Shown here piece after piece: positions 58,709-64,000 of a DNA stretch of 64,000 nucleotides. Made by a program: the position numbers and the translations under genes. Below the pieces are notes generated by a model. The model made no database searches. It was not told where the DNA came from and saw only the letters and a list, made by a program, of their open reading frames with translations. The stretch lies in NCBI GenBank assembly GCA_963789265.1, contig CAWBKB010000001.1:2144001-2208000 (forward strand), in the 5' to 3' direction. The stretch is from an uncultured delta proteobacterium. GTDB taxonomy: Bacteria; Desulfobacterota; Desulfomonilia; Desulfomonilales; Desulfomonilaceae. The stretch's first letter is position 1, and every line of letters begins with the position of its first letter.

Positions 58709-59106
58709 GTCGGACCTCTCAGGTTTAGCGGAGCAGCATCATCGACTTGCAAAGATTTTCATTTCACTGTAAGAAAACGCCGATACGATAAGTTTAAGGA
58801 ATGCTCTCCATCTTTTTAAGAGACAAAACTCATTCGATAAGGTTCACCGCATTGTAGAAACTTGTTCGGATATCACCTCTTCTCGGATGGACCTGACGGT
58901 CATCATCTCTGAAGATGAGAAGAAATCCGCCCGCTCGTTCAGCGGACGGAGAGATCTCTAGCATAGGGAGCCGGGAGTGTCAACGGAAGGGCAAGGGGCC
59001 AAACCCTGCAACTTCCTCACCTTCAACATCCATTCCATGCTTTATCCTTGCGTTTCATTTGAGATTTGATATCATACGATTCACAAACCGGACCGGAGGT
59101 TTCCCT

Positions 59107-59955
59107 ATGAGCCGCCAATTTTGCTGGGTTTTGTTGATCGCGATGGCTGTTACCATGCTGTTGGCCGGCTGTTCTGACGAAACCGCGGAACTGAAGCAGA
59201 AAATTGCCGATCTCGAGAAGAAGATTCAACAGCAGCAAAAAGACCTCCAAGAATTCACAGGAAAGTTCTCTCCGCCAAAAGATTTCAGCGCGGATATCCA
59301 ACGTATCGAGGATCAGCAGGATCGAATTACTCAAGTCCTGAAAGTGAAAGTCGATCCGGTCAACGCTAAACTGGAGGAATTTCGTGATTGGGCTCAGGAA
59401 TCTCAAAAGGATCGAGATGTGGTTACCAAGAAGCTCAAGGCCCTCGAACAGTCAGCAGCGGAATTGCAAAAGAGAACCGACGTGACCGGCAAGGAAATCG
59501 CACGCATGAGCAGAGATGTGGCGGCCGGAAAGAGATCCGTGGCGATCTTTTCCAAGAATCTGAATGAACTTGCGAAGAATCTAAGCGATGTCCGCAGGGA
59601 GGTCCTTGACAACAACACGAAGCTGCTCAACGCAGTTAAGAAGACTCTCCCGAGGGTGAAAGAGGCCGCGGTCGCGGAGCTAAAAGGCCAAATGGCTCCG
59701 TTTGAACAGGCTCTAACTAATTTAAAGACCGGTATGGAAGGCGATCGCAAGGCGATAGCTGCCATCAAATCGCAACCCCCCCCGGACACGGGCAAACAAG
59801 TTCAGAGTCTCGTAGCTCGAATAAAAGAACTTGAAGATGTGGTGACTTCCCAGAAGTCTTATTTGCTCGAAATGGGGGCCAAAGTCCATGAGTTGGAATT
59901 GCAATTAAGAAGGATGGGATCTGCGGCAACGCCACCCGCTCTGTCGAGACAGTAA
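59107..59955 (+). CDS. Coiled-coil lipoprotein
   Basis: Lipobox LAGC; heptad-rich; GGAGG RBS. Confidence 0.7.
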   Translation: MSRQFCWVLLIAMAVTMLLAGCSDETAELKQKIADLEKKIQQQQKDLQEFTGKFSPPKDFSADIQRIEDQQDRITQVLKVKVDPVNAKLEEFRDWAQESQKDRDVVTKKLKALEQSAAELQKRTDVTGKEIARMSRDVAAGKRSVAIFSKNLNELAKNLSDVRREVLDNNTKLLNAVKKTLPRVKEAAVAELKGQMAPFEQALTNLKTGMEGDRKAIAAIKSQPPPDTGKQVQSLVARIKELEDVVTSQKSYLLEMGAKVHELELQLRRMGSAATPPALSRQ

Positions 59956-59991
59956 GAGCCGTTTTTCCCCGATCAAAAAAGGGTTACCCAA

Positions 59992-60181
59992 AATTTACCG
60001 CAGAGTGCGCCGAGAACGCAGAGGCAAAACGGCTCCTACATCACTGGATAAGCAACTTGGGCGGGCATCCGCAGGCTGGCTTTGTTGTCACTGTCATAAC
60101 CCCCAATTGATTATGACAAAGCTTAGGAAATGGCCTGAAAAAACAGAATCCTCTGCGAACTCTGCGGTCTCCGCGGTGAAT
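59992..60181. repeat. Inverted REP-like pair between convergent genes
   Basis: TTTACCGCAGAG…ACGCAGAG versus CTCTGCG…CTCCGCGGTGAA. Confidence 0.55.
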
Positions 60182-60186
60182 GATGA

Positions 60187-61365
60187 CTACAACTCTTTGA
60201 TTGCCTCCTCGAATCCTTTGAGCGAACCCTCAATCGTCTCGTCTGACACGCAATATGCGATTCGGAAATAGCCCGGCCCGCCGAATCCGGTTCCTGGAAC
60301 CGTTAACACCAGCTTCTTTTGAAGTCGGGCCACAAATTCGACGTCATCGGCCAGGGGGGATTTGGGGAAGAGATAGAATGCTCCCTCGGGTTTCACGCAT
60401 TCATAGCCGAAACCGGTCAACGCGTCGTAAAGTCGGTCCCGCCGACGCTTGTAAACAGACACGTCCGTGATATCTCTGAGCACATCCCTTACTGCTCGCT
60501 GCATCAAGGCAGGAGCATTGACAAAACCCAGGATGCGGTTGGAAAGCACAAGGCCGTCCATGGTTGCGGCAGCGTCAGACAATTTCGGGTTTAGGGCTAC
60601 ATATCCCAGACGCTCTCCCGGTATTGAAAGGTCCTTTGAAAAGGATGTCGCCACGATGCTGTTGGCATAAGACCCCAAAATGCTGGGAACCGTCACTCCA
60701 TCGTAGGTTATGCCTCGGTAGGGTTCATCAGAGATGAGGAGAATGTCGCGGCCCATCTCAACGCTCTTCTTCTTGAGCAAAGCGCCTAGCGCCCGGATTT
60801 GGTCCTCCGAATAAACCTTCCCTGTGGGGTTGTTAGGTGAATTGATCAACACTGCTGCCGTCTTTATTGTGATTGCTTGTTCAATGGCGGAGAGATCCAG
60901 CGAAAAATCTTCCCTCGTAGGGACCAGGACCGCTTTCCCGCCATGGTTGTCCGCATAAAAGGTGTATTCCACAAAGAAAGGTTTGGGAACTATTACCTCG
61001 TCCCCAGGATTCAAGATCGTCTTGAAGATTACATTCAAGGCTCCCCCGGCACCCACGGTCATCACAATGTGGTTTTCGCCAACATCAGTACCTTCGTCTT
61101 CTCGAATTTTCCGGGCAACGGCGGCTCTGGTGGCGGGCAATCCTGCATTGGGCATGTATGCGTGCAAGCCGTGGGTGTCGTCTTTCGCTGCTTCAATGAT
61201 TGCGTCCTTCACCTTTTGGGAGGGCTCGAGGTTAGGATTCCCAAGGCTAAAATCAAAGACGTTCTGCGGGCCGTACTCCTTCTTCAGCCGAGCCCCTTCT
61301 TCGAACATCTTCCTGATCCACGACGACTTCTTCCCGAATTCCGACATTTTTTCGGATACCGGCAT
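60187..61365 (-). CDS. Class I/II PLP aminotransferase (aspartate aminotransferase-like)
   Basis: FSLGNP, NSPNNPTG, SDEPY, SFSKDLSIPGERLG. Confidence 0.92.
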   Translation of the reverse strand: MPVSEKMSEFGKKSSWIRKMFEEGARLKKEYGPQNVFDFSLGNPNLEPSQKVKDAIIEAAKDDTHGLHAYMPNAGLPATRAAVARKIREDEGTDVGENHIVMTVGAGGALNVIFKTILNPGDEVIVPKPFFVEYTFYADNHGGKAVLVPTREDFSLDLSAIEQAITIKTAAVLINSPNNPTGKVYSEDQIRALGALLKKKSVEMGRDILLISDEPYRGITYDGVTVPSILGSYANSIVATSFSKDLSIPGERLGYVALNPKLSDAAATMDGLVLSNRILGFVNAPALMQRAVRDVLRDITDVSVYKRRRDRLYDALTGFGYECVKPEGAFYLFPKSPLADDVEFVARLQKKLVLTVPGTGFGGPGYFRIAYCVSDETIEGSLKGFEEAIKEL

Positions 61366-61675
61366 GTCTGGCCTCCTCCCGACATCAAAGGGTACAAACG
61401 AAAGCCCGGCTTTCAAATCTGCATCCAGGTGAATTGCCGGGCTCTCGACCTTGCATCAGCCCTGTTGTTTCAGGGTTCTTAATCCTAACACAATGATAAT
61501 CGAAATGTCAACGTAATATCTGCTTTTTCCAAATGTTTTGCCCTATTCTTGATCGAACCGGAGTTGCTGTGTTAGAATAAATTATTAACTCCAAAAGTTC
61601 ACAACATAACCAAGGCCCCATTTTGCAGGAAGCCGCCTATAGTGAATCTTGCGGACCGGCAACTTCGGCCGGTAA

Positions 61676-62227
61676 GTGATTCTGATGTTTCGCACTACGA
61701 CCAGCATCGCCGCAATTGTTATGATTACGGGCTTGGGCCTACTATATCTGCCCGAATGCAGCCATGCGTCCGCGGAACTTCAGCGAGGTCTGGCCGCGGC
61801 CCGGGCAGGACGACTGGATCGTGCGGTGCGTTTATGGTCAAGAGCGATCAGGAAGAACCCCAAATGTTACGCGGCCTATGTCGATCGTGGAAGTGCATAC
61901 TTGCGCAGCGGATACGTGCTGCGAGGCGTTCTGGACTGGCACAAGGCCCAAGGACTTTCTCCCGCATTTGCGTATGCCGCCTATTGTCCTGATTTTATAA
62001 CGGAAGCCTCTGGCGACCCGGCGGTGTTGAACTACGCCATGCCCTTGGAACTTGATCCTGACCACGTGACTTCTGTGCTTATGACGGCAGTCACTTACTT
62101 GGATGTGGGGCGAGCCGATAAGGCGTTGGAACTGTATCGAAACTCTGTTGACCTTACCAGGAACCCGCTTCTGAAGAGTTACTTCGACTACTGGATCAAC
62201 TCCATACATTCGCCGGCGCAACACTGA
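61676..62227 (+). CDS. Exported TPR protein
   Basis: Signal peptide; AYVDRGSAY and TYLDVGRADKA TPR patterns. Confidence 0.7.
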   Translation: MILMFRTTTSIAAIVMITGLGLLYLPECSHASAELQRGLAAARAGRLDRAVRLWSRAIRKNPKCYAAYVDRGSAYLRSGYVLRGVLDWHKAQGLSPAFAYAAYCPDFITEASGDPAVLNYAMPLELDPDHVTSVLMTAVTYLDVGRADKALELYRNSVDLTRNPLLKSYFDYWINSIHSPAQH

Positions 62228-62254
62228 ACCGACCGCGGACGTTCGGCTTTTCTA

Positions 62255-62283
62255 TTGACATGAATATTATTGGGCGTTAACCT
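62255..62283 (+). promoter_or_regulatory. sigma70 promoter for the oxidoreductase operon
   Basis: TTGACA-17 nt-TAACCT. Confidence 0.5.
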
Positions 62284-62317
62284 AGCTTTTTGCCTAGCAC
62301 AACCACGGAGAACAGCA

Positions 62318-62590
62318 GTGAAAGGCCGTATTGAAATCGATGAGGAGCGGTGCAAAGGTTGCGGACTGTGTGTGACTGTTTGCCCGAAAAAGAAGATCGG
62401 AATCTCCGACAGATTGAACACCAAGGGATACTATCCGGCCTGCTTCCAAGAAGCCAAAGTCCGCGATAAGAGCCGAACCGAATGTACCGGCTGCGCTCTG
62501 TGCGCTGTCACCTGTCCGGATGTCGCCATAGAAGTCTATCGTGAGACCAAGGACCTGACAAAAGAAGAAGACAACGAAAAGGAAGAATGA
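62318..62590 (+). CDS. 2x[4Fe-4S] ferredoxin (delta subunit of 2-oxoacid:ferredoxin oxidoreductase)
   Basis: CKGCGLCVTVCP and CTGCALCAVTCP. Confidence 0.9.
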   Translation: MKGRIEIDEERCKGCGLCVTVCPKKKIGISDRLNTKGYYPACFQEAKVRDKSRTECTGCALCAVTCPDVAIEVYRETKDLTKEEDNEKEE

Positions 62591-62591
62591 G

Positions 62592-63716
62592 ATGGGCCGC
62601 AAAGTCCTGAAGCGGGGGACCCATGTTCTAGGGGAAGCCGCTATCCGTGCAGGCTGTCGAGCATACTTCGGTTATCCTATCACTCCTCAAAACGAGCTTC
62701 CGGAATATATGTCAGCGGCTTTCGCCAAGATGGATGACGCGGTGTTCGTCCAGGCCGAAAGCGAGTTGGCTTCCATCAATATGGTCATGGGTGCCAGCAT
62801 TGCCGGCGCACGAGTCATGACCTCCTCGTCCAGTCCCGGCATAAGCTTGAAGCAGGAGGGGATCTCATACATAGCCGCTATGGAGCTTCCCGCGGTGATA
62901 GTGAACATGATGCGGGGCGGCCCCGGTCTAGGCAACATCGCGCCGTCGCAGGGCGATTATTTCCAGGCTACCAAAGGGGGAGGACATGGTGACTACCGGA
63001 TAATAGTGCTCGCCCCCGCCTACGGTCAGGAAATTGCGGACATGACTCGGCAGGCCTTCGATCTGGCGGACCATTACCGTACACCTGTCATGATCCTGGG
63101 CGACGGCATGATGGGGCAAATGATGGAGCCGGTGGAATTTCCCGAACCGCTCGCCATCGATTCGCTACCCAGCAAAGATTGGATCCTTGATGGAGCCAAG
63201 GAACGGCCCAGTCGAATCATTCGTTCTTTGTGGTTGGACACCGCACTGGAAGAGGAGTTGAATTGGCGGCTTGTTAGAAAATATGAAATGATCACCAGGG
63301 ATCTTGCAGATCAGGAAATGTACCTGATCGACGATGCGGAGTTGATCGTCGTTGCCTACGGCACGGCTGCACGTATCGCCAAAGGAGGGGTCCAGAGAGT
63401 TCGTGAAAAAGGGCTCAAAGTGGGGCTCTATAGACCCAAGACTCTGTGGCCATTTCCTTCGGATCCTCTCGCCGAACTCAGCCGACAAGTCGGTCAGATG
63501 GTCGTGTTCGAGATGAGCACCGGCCAGATGGTGGAAGACGTACGGTTAGCTGTAGAAGGACGGTGTGAAGTGTCATTTTACGGCAGGCCTGGCGGGATTG
63601 TATCGACCCCGGAGGAAATAGCCAGAGTATTATCAGGTGCATATCGTGGAAGGGCGTCGAGCGAAGAGAGTGGCCTCCGGTCACGGCAAGGTCGCGGCTT
63701 CAGGATTCTGGGGTAG
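62592..63716 (+). CDS. vorB: 2-oxoacid:ferredoxin oxidoreductase alpha subunit (VorB-like)
   Basis: FGYPITPQ, QAESE, TSSSSPG, RGGPGLG, EMSTGQMVEDV. Confidence 0.85.
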   Translation: MGRKVLKRGTHVLGEAAIRAGCRAYFGYPITPQNELPEYMSAAFAKMDDAVFVQAESELASINMVMGASIAGARVMTSSSSPGISLKQEGISYIAAMELPAVIVNMMRGGPGLGNIAPSQGDYFQATKGGGHGDYRIIVLAPAYGQEIADMTRQAFDLADHYRTPVMILGDGMMGQMMEPVEFPEPLAIDSLPSKDWILDGAKERPSRIIRSLWLDTALEEELNWRLVRKYEMITRDLADQEMYLIDDAELIVVAYGTAARIAKGGVQRVREKGLKVGLYRPKTLWPFPSDPLAELSRQVGQMVVFEMSTGQMVEDVRLAVEGRCEVSFYGRPGGIVSTPEEIARVLSGAYRGRASSEESGLRSRQGRGFRILG

Positions 63717-63966
63717 GTTCGATATGAGAGCCGACCCGAGGCATTCATAACCAGTCGGCAGGGAGCGTTGCTCTTGGCTCATTGTCTTCCTGCTCGGCAA
63801 CACTTTCCAGCATACAACATTTTACGTCGGATAGGTATTAGGGACTCGCCCGGGCAGGGGTTGCCGGTGCAGATGAGCCCCGACTGTTGAAAGTTGGCAG
63901 AGCCGGGCACTGGGGTTTTTACCCTCGCAGGTCGTCCGGAGCGAAGTCGGAGAGGGAGTGATTCAA

Positions 63967-64000
63967 GTGAAAAAGGTGTTCTCCAGGCCGGTTTCTTTAA
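63967..64000 (+). CDS. Probable 5' end of the oxidoreductase beta subunit (truncated by the window)
   Basis: GAGGGAG RBS; GTG-KKVFSRPVSL; expected operon position. Confidence 0.45.
   Translation, partial: MKKVFSRPVSL

Noticed and set aside
63717..63966. Element inside the oxidoreductase operon gap
   Set aside because: No ORF, TIR or recognisable RNA motif could be supported

Overview
A 64-kb chromosomal window from an anaerobic, aromatic-degrading deltaproteobacterium (a Desulfomonile-like identity is my inference from gene content only). In order, it holds: (1) a thioredoxin-fold gene and two small tandem genes with in-frame UGA codons, probably HesB-like and FmdB-like selenoproteins; (2) an acyl-CoA cluster with a PaaK-like ligase, an atypical B12 acyl-CoA mutase, a class III CoA-transferase, HcrBCA-like Mo enzyme genes and an acyl-CoA ligase; (3) a cupin-rich locus interrupted by a defence-like island (BsuBI/PstI-type R-M pair plus a ~900-aa dynamin-like GTPase) and a decayed hicAB; (4) coaE, surface-glycosylation genes and a YeiH-type transporter; (5) modABC-mop with a long structured leader, flanked by two small Cys-rich genes; (6) ispE-tRNA-Gln, tsaC, an ntrY-like kinase, pth, had, secA, aminotransferases and the start of a 2-oxoacid:ferredoxin oxidoreductase operon. 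Intergenic DNA carries nested REP-like palindromes and at least five MITE-like families, several with clear target-site duplications. I saw no transposase and no CRISPR array. Many genes, including essential secA, carry single-base insertions that are most likely assembly errors. All calls come from reading the sequence and from recalled family motifs; no searches were run.
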